DNA of 64,000 nucleotides from Macrostomum lignano (taxonomy: Eukaryota). Below, in pieces: positions 25,986-37,712 of this stretch. Position 1 is the stretch's first letter. Each line of letters opens with the position of its first letter. The stretch covers positions 1 to 64,000 of the forward strand of contig NIVC01002653.1 in assembly GCA_002269645.1 (NCBI GenBank). Reading direction: 5' to 3'. Position numbers and translations under genes: made by a program. The notes under the pieces are model-generated. The model saw only the letters and a list, made by a program, of their open reading frames with translations, did not search any database and had not been told where the DNA came from.

Positions 25986-28137
25986 AGTCAGGGCATGCAT
26001 GACTCTCACTCCTACGAGCTTGATCTTAGAGAGTGCTTCGACGCATGACTCTGTCGGCTAATGAAGTGCATGAATATAATAAGCCAGCCCCAAACTCTCG
26101 CATTCCGCATCACACAGACTCAGAGGAGCTCCAACAACTGCCAGTTCAGCTCGGCCAGCGGGCCAGCCGGCTGCACACCCTCCAGTATGAAATTCGCCAC
26201 TGATGACGGACAGTACCAGAGCTCGAACCTGACCTGCAGGGAGTCCGGCAACTCTCTCACCTGCTCCGCTGGCATTGTGGGCGGCTTCAATCCGCTTCAC
26301 ATCGGGCCGTGGTTCTGCAAGAGTCTGATGGATGAACAAGAGGATGGCATATTTCTGCAGTATTACAGTAAGTAAAAATTTGGGACTATAGGTGAAGGTG
26401 AGGGAAGTAAGCATCTCGTAACAGTTGAGTGAAAGCGAAGTCAGTAGGGTGCAGCAATTCGCAGTGTTCAGTGCAGGCTCTTTGCTCCGCCTGAGAGAAC
26501 TTAAATGCAAAAGCCAAGGACGACTTGAGTAGAAGGATGGAAAAACTCGTTTCTTAGAAAAATTTAGAAGGCAGGTTTTTCCGAAAAAAATTTACGTAGA
26601 ATAAAAAATTCACATAGAACCCTACTTCTTTGAACTAAAAGCCTTATGAATATCGATAGAGCAATAAAAAAGGCACAACATATCAAAAGATGAACACTGG
26701 AGCTGCCTCCTATCAAAAGCAATAACAATTTTTGTGCTGAAAAAATGAAAACTTTCTATCTCCGTAGTGTATTTTTTCTAAGAAACGAGGTTTTCCGTCC
26801 TCCTACTCAAGTCGTCCTTGGCAAAAGCAAGCTAGGAAAAATGTCCCGACTCTCATCACTCCTAATATGCATTTTCGGGCTTCTTTGAACTCCAGTGTGA
26901 TTTATAAAACTGAAGAAGGAATTGATTCTTAAGAATATGTGCTTTTTTAATGCATTTGCATGAATATTTTTTGCCCTTGCTTATTGAGCGCCCCGGAGGG
27001 GGTCACTAGATTCCTAGTATTTAGAGCTGAAATACTCTACTTATTAGTAGTAATTTGGTAAAACTTTGGTAAAACAAAAAAAATCAATCTGCAGAAATTC
27101 TGCCCCAGAGCAGCCTGGCGCTGGTCAGCTGGGACCCCCTACTGGCAGACGGCGGCAACTCCAGCGCCAGCAGATTCGAGTGCTTTACCAAGGAGGCCGT
27201 CATCCCGCCTGCTCGGCTGACTTTCTACCTGGACGGAGTCGAACTCGCGACCAGCTCAAATCTGGTCGATTGGCTGTCAGACAATTTGTACTCGCCTCGA
27301 CCGACAATGTACTCGCTGAATAAGACTGATACGACTGTTGAGCCGCCTGTCAGAGGCTTGAGCTGTGAGGACCTTCGCTTCTCCCACACAAGATCAATCA
27401 GTTTCAGACCCATTCTAACATCACCATGACGCAATAAATTTGACAAATAGTTGCACAATTAGGACACGATAGCGACATTAACCTGACACGATAATCTGAC
27501 AGAGTATATATTGAATTAGTCAGAGAGAAACTTGGCTCAGACTCGGCTCAAACTCGGCTCAAACCTGGCTCAAACATGGCTCAAACATGGCTCAAACTTG
27601 TCTCAAACTTGGCTCAAACATGGCTCAAACTTGGCTCAAACTTGGCTCAAACCTGTCTCAAACTTGGCTCAAACCTGGCTCAAACTTGGCTCAGACTCGG
27701 CTCAAACTCGGCTCAAACCTGGCTCAAACCTGTCTCAAACTCGGCTCAAACCTGTCTCAAACTTGGCTCAAACTTGGCTCAAACCTGTCTCAAACTTGGC
27801 TCAAACTTGGCTCAAACTTGGCTCAAACCTGGCTCAAACTTGGCTCAAACTTGGCTCAAACCTGTCTCAAACTTGGCTCAAACCTGGCTCAAACTTGTCT
27901 CAAACCTGGCTCAAACCTGTCACATCTCCACTCGCAGTGAACCAGCAGCTGCTGGCCTCCAGTCGCAGTGTCCAGCTGAGCAGCCAACTCAGGAACTGCA
28001 GCGGTCAGACGTTGGTCTGCTCGGCCAGTCAGGGCCTCTCGCACAGCCACAGCAGGGCCAGCAGCAACCTGACCATTGTGTTTGGAGACGGCCAGGCAAA
28101 TGATGGTTCAAGTGGTGAGACAACGGGAAGTAAGTGA
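18911..28137 (+). CDS. IgSF protein A: signal peptide + V-like Ig + C2-type Ig (secreted if ending at the 28135-28137 stop; may splice onward)
   Basis: Exons 18911-18968 (MTNIPDLRMVLLLSCLMLT), 19068-19240 (WQFACSW), 26118-26367 (IGPWFC), 27095-27364 (FECFTKEAVIPPARLTFYLDG), 27938-(28114/28129/28137) (GQTLVCSASQ); phases 1/0/1/1 consistent. Confidence 0.75.
19502..20025 (-). mobile_element. 3' end of an RTE-like non-LTR retrotransposon (element D): C2H2-type zinc fingers, (GAA)4(CAA)3 tail
   Basis: KDCGKVCASRAGLAVHQRRIH, CLKC...H, CGEC...H, CPDCGRMLARTNMARHRKTC-stop, then short UTR and GAAGAAGAAGAACAACAAC. Confidence 0.65.
20026..20362 (-). mobile_element. Poly(A)-tailed retroposed fragment (element E), 68-nt perfect A tail
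   Basis: T-run at 20031-20098 on +; about 264 nt of unassigned sequence between it and the (AAC)n tract of element C. Confidence 0.45.
20363..22805 (-). mobile_element. 5'-truncated, decayed I-group (Ingi-like) LINE, element C: RT + RNase H + CCHC-type C-terminus + (AAC)n tail
   Basis: FRPVSLTS, EGVPQ, GGFADD; in-frame stop in TCY*TDGS; AAGRWCSSFEAEL; QVRAGH...CRLC...H...C; several frameshifts; stop at 20494, ~20-nt UTR, degenerate AAC tract 20363-20474. Confidence 0.9.
22806..23910 (-). mobile_element. 5'-truncated I-group (Ingi-like) LINE, element B: RNase H + C-terminal Cys/His motif + (AAC)n tail
   Basis: YFTDGSVSGGVENGG, AAGRWCSSFEAEL, LTDSQ, WVPGHAGIPGNELVD, QVRAGH; stop at 22991, 18-nt UTR, AAC tract 22806-22972. 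Confidence 0.9.
23911..25943 (-). mobile_element. 5'-truncated I-group (Ingi-like) LINE, element A: RT (partial) + RNase H + C-terminal Cys/His motif + (AAC)n tail
   Basis: About 560 uninterrupted codons from KVWHD through GVPQG, GGFADD, YLG, FTDGS, WIPGHSGTPGNERAD; one frameshift before RAGH...CPRC; stop at 24031, 12-nt UTR, AAC tract 23911-24018. Confidence 0.92.
25944..25985 (-). repeat. Near-perfect (AAC)14 tract abutting the 5' end of element A
   Basis: Direct. Confidence 0.95.
26513..26822. mobile_element. Non-autonomous DNA transposon with ~50-bp TIRs
   Basis: GCCAAGGACGACTTGAGTAG...CTACTCAAGTCGTCCTTGGC; flanked by AAAA on both sides (possible 4-bp TSD). Confidence 0.75.
27531..27920. 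repeat. 11-bp minisatellite (AAACTTGGCTC)
   Basis: About 35 units ending about 17 nt before the acceptor at 27937. Confidence 0.95.
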
Positions 28138-28660
28138 AAGTGAGGTAGAGTGAGCAGAGAGTAAAAGAAAGTGTGGTAGAGTGAGCGGGGAGTAAGAGAA
28201 AGTGAGATAGAGTGAGAGAGGAATAAGAGAAAGTGTGGTAGAGTAAGCAGAGAGTAAGAGAAAGTGTGGTAGAGTGAGCGAGGAATAATAGAAAATGTGG
28301 TAGAGTGAGCGGGGAGTAAGAGAAAGTGAGATAGAGTGAGAGAGGAATAAGAGAAAGTGTGGTAGAGTGAGCGAGGAATAATAGAAACTGTGGTAGAGTG
28401 AGCGGGGAGTAAGAGAAAGTGAGGTAGAGTGAGCGGGGAGTAAGAGAAAGTGAGGTAGAGTGAGCGGGGAGTGAGAGAAAGTGAGGTAGAGTGAGCGGGG
28501 AGTAAGAGAAAGTGAGGTAGAGTGAGCGGGGAGTAAGAGAAAGTGAGATAGAGTGAGCGGGGAGTAAGAGAAAGTGAGGTAGAGTGAGCGGGGAGTAAGA
28601 GAAAGTGAGGTAGAGTGAGCGGGGAGTAAGAGAAAGTGAGATAGAGTGAGCGGGGAGTAA
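28135..28660. repeat. ~31-bp purine-rich minisatellite (GAGTGAGCGGGGAGTAAGAGAAAGTGAGGTA)
   Basis: Direct. Confidence 0.95.
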
Positions 28661-29104
28661 GCACTGATAACTCAAATGTGATACACAACTCAGCTAAAAA
28701 ATGAAGTCATGCATTTATCCAGCCTGAGTGAAAATCAGCATTCCATGAGTCACAGGCTGAGGTTGCCAAACAACGAGGCTTCATTCCTTTTAGAGCGGAA
28801 TATTGAACAAGTCTACATGTCGTGCATGCCATTATGGCCCAATTAGCATTGCTGAAGCAGGTCGACAATTCACTCAGAGATTTCCTGTCTCTGTGTCAAT
28901 GAAAATGCATTGGGTAGAACGAAAACATTGCCAAGTTGCTAATGGCGTTGCTACGGTAAACAAATCCGAGGCTGCGAATAGACCGAATGGACTATATTTG
29001 GCGCACAAGAGCAGGGTGAAGGCATGTTTGATATTATTTGAAACCCCTTTTTCATACGGTCGTTGTAAAACAGAAAATATTTAACCCCTGTCTTAATTTG
29101 AGAA

Positions 29105-29215
29105 ATGATTTTTTTCTTTGTGAATTTCGTCATGATCTGTTGTATCAGCAATCAAGGTAAGCAAAGAGGTTGGGATATAAAAGAAGAGGGAGAGTGAGGG
29201 AGAGTGAGGGAGAGT

Positions 29216-29294
<79 letters not shown>

Positions 29295-32200
29295 GGAGAG
29301 TGAGGGAGAGTGAGGGAGAGAGAGTGAGAGAGAGAGTGAGGGAGAGTGAGAGAGAGTGAGGGAGAGTGAGGGAGAGTGAGAGACAGAGTGAGGGAGAGTG
29401 AGGTAGAGTGAGGGAGAGTGAGAAAGAGTGAGGGAGAGTGAGGGAGAGAGAGAGAGTGGGAGAGAGTGAGGGAGAGTGAGGGAGAGAGAGAGTGGGGGAG
29501 AGTGAGGGAGAGTGAGAAAGAGTGAGGGAGAGTGAGGGAGAGTGAGAAAGAGTGAGGGAGAGTGAGGGAGAGTGAGGGAGAGAGAGTGAGGGAGAGAGAG
29601 AGTGAGGGAGAGAGAGAGAGAGAGAGTGACGGAGAGTGAGGGAGAGTGAGGGAGAGTGAGAGAGAGAGTGGGGGAGAGTGAGGGAGAGTGAGGGAGAGAG
29701 AGAGAGAGAGTGGGGGAGAGTGAGGGAGAGTGAGGGAGAGTGAGAAAGAGTGAGGGAGAGTGAGGGAGAGAGAGAGAGTGGGAGAGAGTGAGGGAGAGTG
29801 AGAAAGAGTGAGGGAGAGTGAGGGAGAGTGAGGGAGAGTGAGAGAGAGTGAGGGAGAGTGAGGGAGAGTGAGGGAGAGGGAGGGAGAGTGAGGGAGAGTG
29901 AGGGAGAGTGAGGGAGAGTGACGGAGAGTGAGGGAGAGTGAGGGAGAGTGAGAGAGAGAGTGAGAGAGAGAGTGGGGGAGAGTGAGGGAGAGTGAGGGAG
30001 AGTGAGAGAGAGAGTGAGAGAGAGAGTGAGAGAGAGAGAGAGTGGGGGAGAGTGAGGGAGAGTGAGGGAGAGTGAGGGAGAGTGAGAAAGAGTGAGGGAG
30101 AGTGAGGGAGAGTGACGGAGAGTGACGGAGAGTGAGGGAGAGTGAGAGAGAGAGTGAGATAGAGAGTGAGGTAGAGTGAGGTAGAGTGAGGTAGAGTGAG
30201 GGAGAGTGAGGGAGAGTGAGGGAGAGTGACGGAGAGTGAGGGAGAGTGAGGGAGAGTGACGGAGAGTGAGGGAGAGTGAGGGAGAGTGAGAGAGAGTGAG
30301 ATAGAGAGTGAGGTAGAGTGAGGTAGAGTGAGGGAGAGTGAGGGAGAGTGAGGGAGAGTGAGGGAGAGTGAGGGAGAGTGAGGGAGAGTGAGGGAGAGTG
30401 AGGGAGAGTGACGGAGAGTGAGGGAGAGTGAGGGAGAGTGAGAGAGAGTGAGATAGAGAGTGAGGTAGAGTGAGGGAGAGTGAGGGAGAGTGAGGGAGAG
30501 TGAGGGAGAGTGAGGGAGAGTGAGGGAGAGTGAGGGAGAGTGAGGGAGAGTGACGGAGAGTGAGGGAGAGTGAGGGAGAGTGAGAGACAGAGTGAGGGAG
30601 AGTGAGGGAGAGAGAGAGTGGGGGAGAGTGAGGGAGAGTGAGGGAGAGTGAGGGAGAGAGAGAGAGTGGGAGAGAGTGAGGGAGAGTGAGGGAGAGAGAG
30701 AGAGTGGGGGAGAGTGAGGGAGAGTGAGAAAGAGTGAGGGAGAGTGAGAGAGAGTGAGGGAGAGTGAGGGAGAGTGAGGGAGAGTGAGAGAGAGTGAGGG
30801 AGAGTGAGGGAGAGTGAGGGAGAGTGAGGGAGAGTGAGTGAGTGCAGAAAAGTTTCTTTCTAACTCCAAAACTCACATGTATCTCACAATGGCTATCTCA
30901 TGCAATAAAATACTCGTAGACGAAGTGATGGCGGAGCCAACCATAGTGATCAGCCGTCCGTACGCCAGGAACTTCAACACGGAGCCAAACACCATTGAGA
31001 TTCCGTTTGACCGGCCCTGGGAGTTCGCCTGCCGTTGGACCCGGCAGAATGCCAGCCAGCACCCTTTTCTGGCGATTGACGTACCGGTGAGTAAACTACA
31101 TCGTGGTCGCGTGGGCTCGAGCTCGATTTTGGTCCTGGGCTTGAACCATATTGTGGTCTCGAGCTCGAACCCTATTGGGGTCCCGGGCTTGAACCCTATT
31201 GTGGTCTCGGGCTCGAATCCTATTGTGGTCCCGGGCTTGAACCCTATTGTAGTCCCGGGCTCGAGCTCTATTGTAGTCCCGGGCTCGAGCTCCATTAAGG
31301 TCCCGGGCTAGAGCTCTATTTTGGTCCCGGGCTTGAACCCTATTGAGGTCCAGGGCTAGAGCTCTATTGTAGTCCCGGGCTCGAGCTCCATTAAGGTCCC
31401 GGGCTAGAGCTCTATATTGGTCCCGGGATTGAACCCGTAGCTATTGACATTGTCCTGCTGGGCTCGAGTTTTATTGTTGGCACAGGCTCGAAGTCCATTG
31501 TGATCCCGGGTTCGAACCCTATTGACGTGGTTCCGGGCTCGAACACTATTGTGGTCCCAGACTCGAATTTTTTGTGGTCACGGGCTCGAACTCTAATACG
31601 AGGTGAGTAGTTGTGTAATATCCAGTCGCCTCATTGGCACCGCAGGCCCAGCGAGGCTACAGCAACTGCCAGTTCGGGTTCGCCGGCAAGCCGCCGCAGT
31701 GCACTCCGTCCAGCGTGCAGTTCGCCGCGGACACCGCTGGGCAGCAGCAGAGCTCGAACGTCACCTGCCGGGAGTCTGGCAACAGCCTCACCTGCTCCAT
31801 CAGCTTAGAGGTGTTCAATCCGCGACATGTGGGCCTGTGGTCCTGTCGAAGTCTGTCGGACAGCAGGAATGACAGCGCCTACCTGCAGTACTACAGTGAG
31901 TCGCTTTTTAAGTCGCACAGCGCTAAATGGGGGTTGGCCATAGACAAAAACAGTGTGATGGATTTCGACCTTTCAGGCCCCTTGTGAGGAAGCCTTCGGG
32001 CCTCAGGCTCAGAAACAAATCACTTAGAGTCCTGGCCCCCCACTCCTGTCAGATGGTCAGCCCCATGGTAGCTTGATCGTGTGGCGAGCAGTCTAGGTCC
32101 TATAGCTAAGAGAGGGACAGCGAGAGACAAGCAGGGAGAATTTCGAAGGTAGAAATTAGCCAATCCGCAAATCAACTAACTCGCTGCCACCAGCCCGTGC

Positions 32201-34575
32201 GTCCTGGCTCACCACACCGGGACTCTCGAAATCGGGCTTCCGACTAGAAGGGGCTTTGCACTTACCTGCCAACTAGTGTCTTTTTGCTGTCAATCTCGAA
32301 GTCATAGCCGATGATAAGGGACACTGCTGGGACTAGATCGCATTGGCCATGCAGGTACAGAGGGGACTTGTGCAGGGGATTCTTGCAGTGGCGAGTCTAT
32401 GGGGTAGCTACATGTACTATTACATTGCTAAATACGAAGATATGTACTTTTGGCCTTCAACGCGCCAACTAGCCTCTCATAGCGCTGATGATAGACTAAC
32501 TCGAACTTCAGAGACCTCACATGATTCATTACCCGAGCCGCTTGGCGAACCTAGAGTGCACAAAGTACATCTCTGGCGCCGATTCTGCACTTCTGGCAGT
32601 TTTGCTCACTGATTTGAATGATTGATCGACTGAGAACCGCCTTGCCATTGGTCCACTGTGACCGGCGCCTACTAGCTTAGCTACTCATCTGAGCCATCGG
32701 CGAACAAAGAAATAAAACCGATAAAAATACTGTTAGACTTAACCTTCTACCTAGATCACTTCACACTTCAAATTGAATTAGAGTTTTAGACTACTAGCAG
32801 TATTATTAAGTGATTTCTGCCTCAGCAACAGCACTACTGAACAAAATGAGCAAAAGTGTGCGCCTAATTCAGCTACTGAAACAGGGGACAGATAGGGAAT
32901 CACCCAATCAAGCAAGTCTAGGTAGCCTCTCACCCAACCAATCAGGAACTCAACAGCCGGAGACCAGGAAATCCACAGTGACCGAATCGGCTTGATGCTC
33001 TGCAGCTGTAGACTCGGGATGATGCTGGCACAATCTTCGCTGATAGCTAGCAGGTGATGATCTTCGCTTGATGTTCGCTGCTGACGACCGGAGGATTCGT
33101 CCTTGATGATGATGGGGGGAAGTCGCAATCCGGGGATCAAGAAACGACGGTCAGGCTCCGGGAGGTCTCTAGCTAGACCAAGTTCCCAGGAGCGTGAGGT
33201 CCGAGCGGGCCAAAAACACCGGTTTAAATAGCCGCCAACTGGACCGCAGTTTGTTATAATGGAACACGTCGATTCTGATTGGCTGAGCCGTTTTGTTAAA
33301 ATGAGCGCCGAATTTTCTGATTGGCTAAGCTTGTTGCTACCCAGAATCACGTGACCGAGAGATCCTATCAGTTCCCACATGGTCGTAAAAAGATGACAGG
33401 TGCGGCCATAAATCATTCAAAATCGCAAAAAAATGATTTATGACTTTTCGCGTAGGATTGACAGAAATTAATGAAAAAATATACATTAGAAAGCTCTTAT
33501 TAAATAGAAAGTGAAGATAATGAAGAGAAATTGCTAATCGCTAATCCCAAGGTACTTTTAGGGGTAAAACGCATAGCTGTCAAAGCTGTCACACGCTTGA
33601 GTGAATCCGAAAAATAGGCTCTGACCTCATAAATCTTGATGGCCTGTCAAAATGATGAGAAAAAAGCTATCGCCCGCATCCTCTCAGACCATCTGGCGCC
33701 CGTCTCAACACTGAGTGAGGCGCAGGTGGCTGTCAGACCAGCTTCGAAAGCGATGATTTATGACCCAAAAAGCAATGCCTATGATATTATGACTACTAGT
33801 ATGGCCAGACATTATATCTAGTATAGATTCTATGACAATTCGCAAAAAAAGGATAAAAATGCCCATCGCCCACTGTTAGTAGGCTAGTAAGTTTCGAGCC
33901 CATGTGCTAGCGCGGGGTTTGGAAAAAAGTGCGTCCTCATCAAGTGGAGAAAACTCCGCTCTAAAAAACATGAGCAGCTGAAATACTGTACTCAGGCAAT
34001 AATTTCAACTTATCAACCAAGGTCAAGCATCATATGATAATATAATACGAAGCATTTTTCCAAGAAACACTGGACACCAGAATCGCTATAAAGATAACTT
34101 TAATTTGCCTACTATTAGTAGCAATACTTGAGAAAATTTTACTTTTTTCAAGTATACACCCGTAACAAGTAAAAACTGACATTTTTCTTTTGTCGAACTT
34201 TAACACAGAGGTGCTGCCTGAGGAGAGCCTCGTGCTCGCCAGCTGGGACCCGATATCGCCCAGCAACTGGACTTCATCCGCCTCATCGACCGGTAATTCG
34301 AGCTCTACAGAATCCCCTAGCAACCGGTTCGAATGCTTCACCAAAGAGGCTGCGATTCCGCCGCCTCGGCTGGCTTTCTACCTGGGCGGAATCGAGCTGA
34401 CGTCTGACCAGACCCGCTACCCGGTGGAGTGGCTGTTCAACACCGAGTACTCAACCAAGCCCAGGATGTTCACCTTGAACGGGACGGAGACTAAGAAGGA
34501 TCCGCCGAGGAAGGATTTGAGCTGTGAGTTTTGAATATGCATATTTTGATGCTTGATGCTATAGTTTTGTTAGTC

Positions 34576-34618
<43 letters not shown>

Positions 34619-34619
34619 C

Positions 34620-34652
<33 letters not shown>

Positions 34653-34711
34653 ATTAGTCAGTCAGTCAGTCAGTCAGTCAGTCAGTCAGTCAGTCAGTCA
34701 GTCAGTCAGTC

Positions 34712-34744
<33 letters not shown>

Positions 34745-36105
34745 ATTAGTCAGTCAGTCAGTCAGTCAGTCAGTCAGTCAGTCAGTCAGTCAGTCAGTCA
34801 GTCAGTCAGTCAGTCAGTCAGTCAGTCAGTCAGTCAGTCAGTCAGTCAGTCAGTCAGTCAGTCAGTCAGTCAGTCAGTCAGTCAGTCAGTCAGTCAGTCA
34901 GTCAGTCAGTCAGTCAGTCAGTTTCCCGAACCCGCAGTGAACCAGCAGCTACTGGCCAGCTCCAGAATTCTGTTCATTCGGCTACATCGAAGCTACAACA
35001 GTCTGCTTCTGGAGTGCCGGGCAACCCAGAATCTGGTGTCCGGCAGGACTATCGCCAAGAGCATTGTGCTGCACCTGGGTGAGCTCGCGGTTACATGTGC
35101 ACTCTGCAGTGAGGTTTATTTGATCAAGCTAGGGTTTACCTATGAGATCCCATTCTACAAGTACAAGTATTACACAAAGACTGAGTGACATCAGGCGAAG
35201 ATCTAGCGAGACTGAGTGACCCCAGGCGAAGATCTAGCGAGACTGAGTGACATCAGGCGAAGATCCAGCGAGACTGAGTGACATCAGGCAAAGATCTAGC
35301 GAGACTGAGTGACCCCAGGCGGAGATCTAGCGAGACTGAGTGACATCAGGCGAAGATCTAGCGAGACTGAGTGACATCAGGCGAAGATCTAGCGAGACTG
35401 AGTGACCCCAGGCGAAGATCTAGCGAGACTGAGTGACCCCAGGCGGAGATCTAGTGAGACTGAGTGACCCCAGGCGGAGATCTAGCGAGACTGAGTGACC
35501 CCAGGCGGAGATCTAGCGAGACTGAGTGACCCCAGGCGGAGATCTAGCGAGACTGAGTGACATCAGGCAAAGATCTAGCGAGACTGAGTGACCCCAGGCG
35601 GAGATCTAGCGAGACTGAGTGACATCAGGCGAAGATCTAGCGAGACTGAGTGACATCAGGCGAAGATCTAGCGAGACTGAGTGACATCAGGCGAAGATCT
35701 AGCGAGACTGAGTGACCCCAGGCGGAGATCTAGCGAGACTGAGTGACCCCAGGCGGAGATCTAGCGAGACTGAGTGACCCCAGGCGAAGATCTAGCGAGA
35801 CTGAGTGACCCCAGGTGGAGATCTAGCGAGACTGGGTGACTCAGTGGATTTCTGAGATGTCAAAGTGACCCCAGACAGAGATCTAGTGTCAGAGGAAAAC
35901 ATTATGTTAATGAGAGCTGAATATTAGATTAGCTGTATAGTGGGGGGGGAGCTTTTAAACTGATGTTTTATCCAGGAAAAAAATATGAACCCCCGTCTCA
36001 CCCACAGATTTAAGCAACCGAGCGTCCACTCTGAGAACCAGCAGCACCAGCCTTGGATTAGCCGGGTGTCTCACGGCCATCCTGATGAAGTTCACACTGA
36101 TTTAA
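29105..36105 (+). CDS. IgSF protein B (tandem paralog of A): signal peptide + V-like Ig + C2-type Ig + GPI-anchor-like C-terminus
   Basis: Exons 29105-29156 (MIFFFVNFVMICCISNQ, GTAAGC donor), 30920-31086, 31646-31895, 34209-34523, 34938-35078, 36008-36105 (DLSNRASTLRTSSTSLGLAGCLTAILMKFTLI*); exon-for-exon similarity and identical phases to gene A. Confidence 0.78.
29185..30842. repeat. ~1.65-kb purine-rich array ((GA)n then GAGAGTGAGG-type ~10-12-bp units)
   Basis: Direct; source of the spurious 574-aa HSPSLSLTLP ORFs. Confidence 0.95.
31120..31592. repeat. ~24-bp degenerate minisatellite (GGTCCCGGGCTTGAACCCTATTGT)
   Basis: About 19 units starting about 35 nt after the donor at 31087. Confidence 0.9.
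34570..34922. repeat. Compound (TAGT)n/(CAGT)n microsatellite
   Basis: Direct; ends about 15 nt before the acceptor at 34937. Confidence 0.95.
35179..35840. repeat. 31-bp minisatellite (GACTGAGTGAC(AT/CC)CAGGCG(A/G)AGATCTAGCGA)
   Basis: About 21 homogeneous units with two variant types. Confidence 0.95.
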
Positions 36106-36629
36106 AGTTGATTTCACTACACGTATGAACCAAGGACAGCTGCAGTCAGTGATGCGACTTAGGACTAAGTAGTCCTTGCTCTGATTCTGTCGAAAATTCT
36201 TTTTGAAAGACATTATTTATCGCATAAGAGGAAAACAATATCCTGATTCGTACAAAAATTAATAATGCACTTATTTCCTACTTATAGTAGCAAACACCAT
36301 TTAGCACTCGTAGTAGTAAAATGTTCCAATTTTTGGAACTCGTATTACACGCTTCCGTTTTAGGTCTCTTTTGAGCATGCAAAATATAATTTTCTAATTT
36401 CAGTTGTAAGTAAATCAAATATCAAAATCATTTGCGATTATTTTGATATAATTCAGCATCATAGATAGAAACTAGAGGTTATAGTTTAAAATCTGATTTT
36501 ATTGATAGACTTGTATAACAGTCCTAGCCTGGAATTTCATATTTTCCAATTAGTAAAACTCAATCACTAATAAGTAGACTGTTTATTAAAGCACAACAAG
36601 GATTGAGAGTTAAGATAAAGTGACTGTTG

Positions 36630-36950
36630 GCCGGGGTGAGTGGGGGAGCGAGTGTACATCGGGGTGAGTGGGGGAGCGAGTGTACATCGGGGAGAGTGGG
36701 GGAGCGAGTGTACATCGCGGTGAGTGGGTGTACATTGGGACAGGGGTGGGGAGCGGGTGTACATTGGGACAGGGGTGGGGAGCGGGTGTACATTGGGACA
36801 GGGGTGGGGAGCGGGTGTACATTGGGACAGGGGTGGGGAGCGGGTGTACATTGGGACAGGGGTGGGGAGCGGGTGTACATTGGGACAGGGGTGGGGAGCA
36901 GGTGTACATTGGGACGGAGGTGGTAGCGGGTGTACATTGGGTGAGTGGGG
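36630..36950. repeat. ~29-bp G-rich minisatellite (GGGAGCGGGTGTACATTGGGACAGGGGTG)
   Basis: Direct. Confidence 0.95.
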
Positions 36951-37712
36951 GGCAGTGAATGTACATTTACTCAGAGTAACACTGCATCTAAAGCAGTCCA
37001 CTAATAGTCATTCGATAATTAAATGTGCTTCGAGCTAATATATGCTTCATCAAGACATGAACCATTAGTCAATCCGTACAATCTGACAGTGACAGACTAA
37101 AGCATAAAATTCAACAAGATAAAACCGAAAGAAAATCTATAACAATTAAATCCGGAACACGAAGATCCTGGATTACTTTTATAAGATCAATAACTAATAA
37201 TTTGGCAGTCAAAACGGTTTCGACTTTTTATTTGAAATCTGTTTGATTAGTTAATAGGGAGACGCAGTGCATTGTACAGTGTACTGAATAGTTAACAGAG
37301 CACACATGGGCAAGTAGCCTATCTCTAAACGACTACTTAACAGTACTATAACAGTACTTAGCAGTAGCTATAATAAATTCATCAGATAGACAGTGTCTGC
37401 CAGATCAAATGCAGCCGACAATCAGATATTCATATATTTTTATGTTTGCAAAACAAACAAAACAATGTCAAATATTCGCAGTTCACCGAAAGGAAAGGAG
37501 ACGGTTCGGGAATAACTGTTGCACAAAAACTAGACTAAAGACAAGAGAAAGAGAGCGACATCATTCACAGCTAGACAAGGAAAACGCACAAGCAGTTACT
37601 TATAAGTAGTCAGTGAGGAGAAAACGCAGAAAGAGACTTTAAAAATGAGCCTAACAGTTTGATTCGGAGACGGAAAGCTTGAAATCTGCGAATTTTTCAT
37701 CAGCTGCTTTGA

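Noticed and set aside
29145-30876. 574-aa ORFs, and similar ORFs at 6206, 9406, 10550, 13333, 27532, 27989, 36560, 40860-42654 and 52062
   Set aside because: Translations of stop-free tandem repeats lying in introns or TEs; periodic low-complexity peptides with no splice or codon support
31983-32521. Possible solo LTR (TGTGAGG...CCTCACA)
   Set aside because: Inverted termini are present, but no TSD (CCCCT vs TGATT) and no clear poly(A) signal; left unassigned
32640-33420. 212-aa ORF beside a promoter-like patch (CCAAT x2, CACGTG, TATA-like) inside an intron of IgSF gene B
   Set aside because: No protein motif; more likely a TE 5' region, but family, ends and TSD could not be defined
35179-35840. 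CRISPR-like appearance of regular arrays (also 54823 and 58660)
   Set aside because: Units are contiguous with no unique spacers, no cas genes, and the context is eukaryotic
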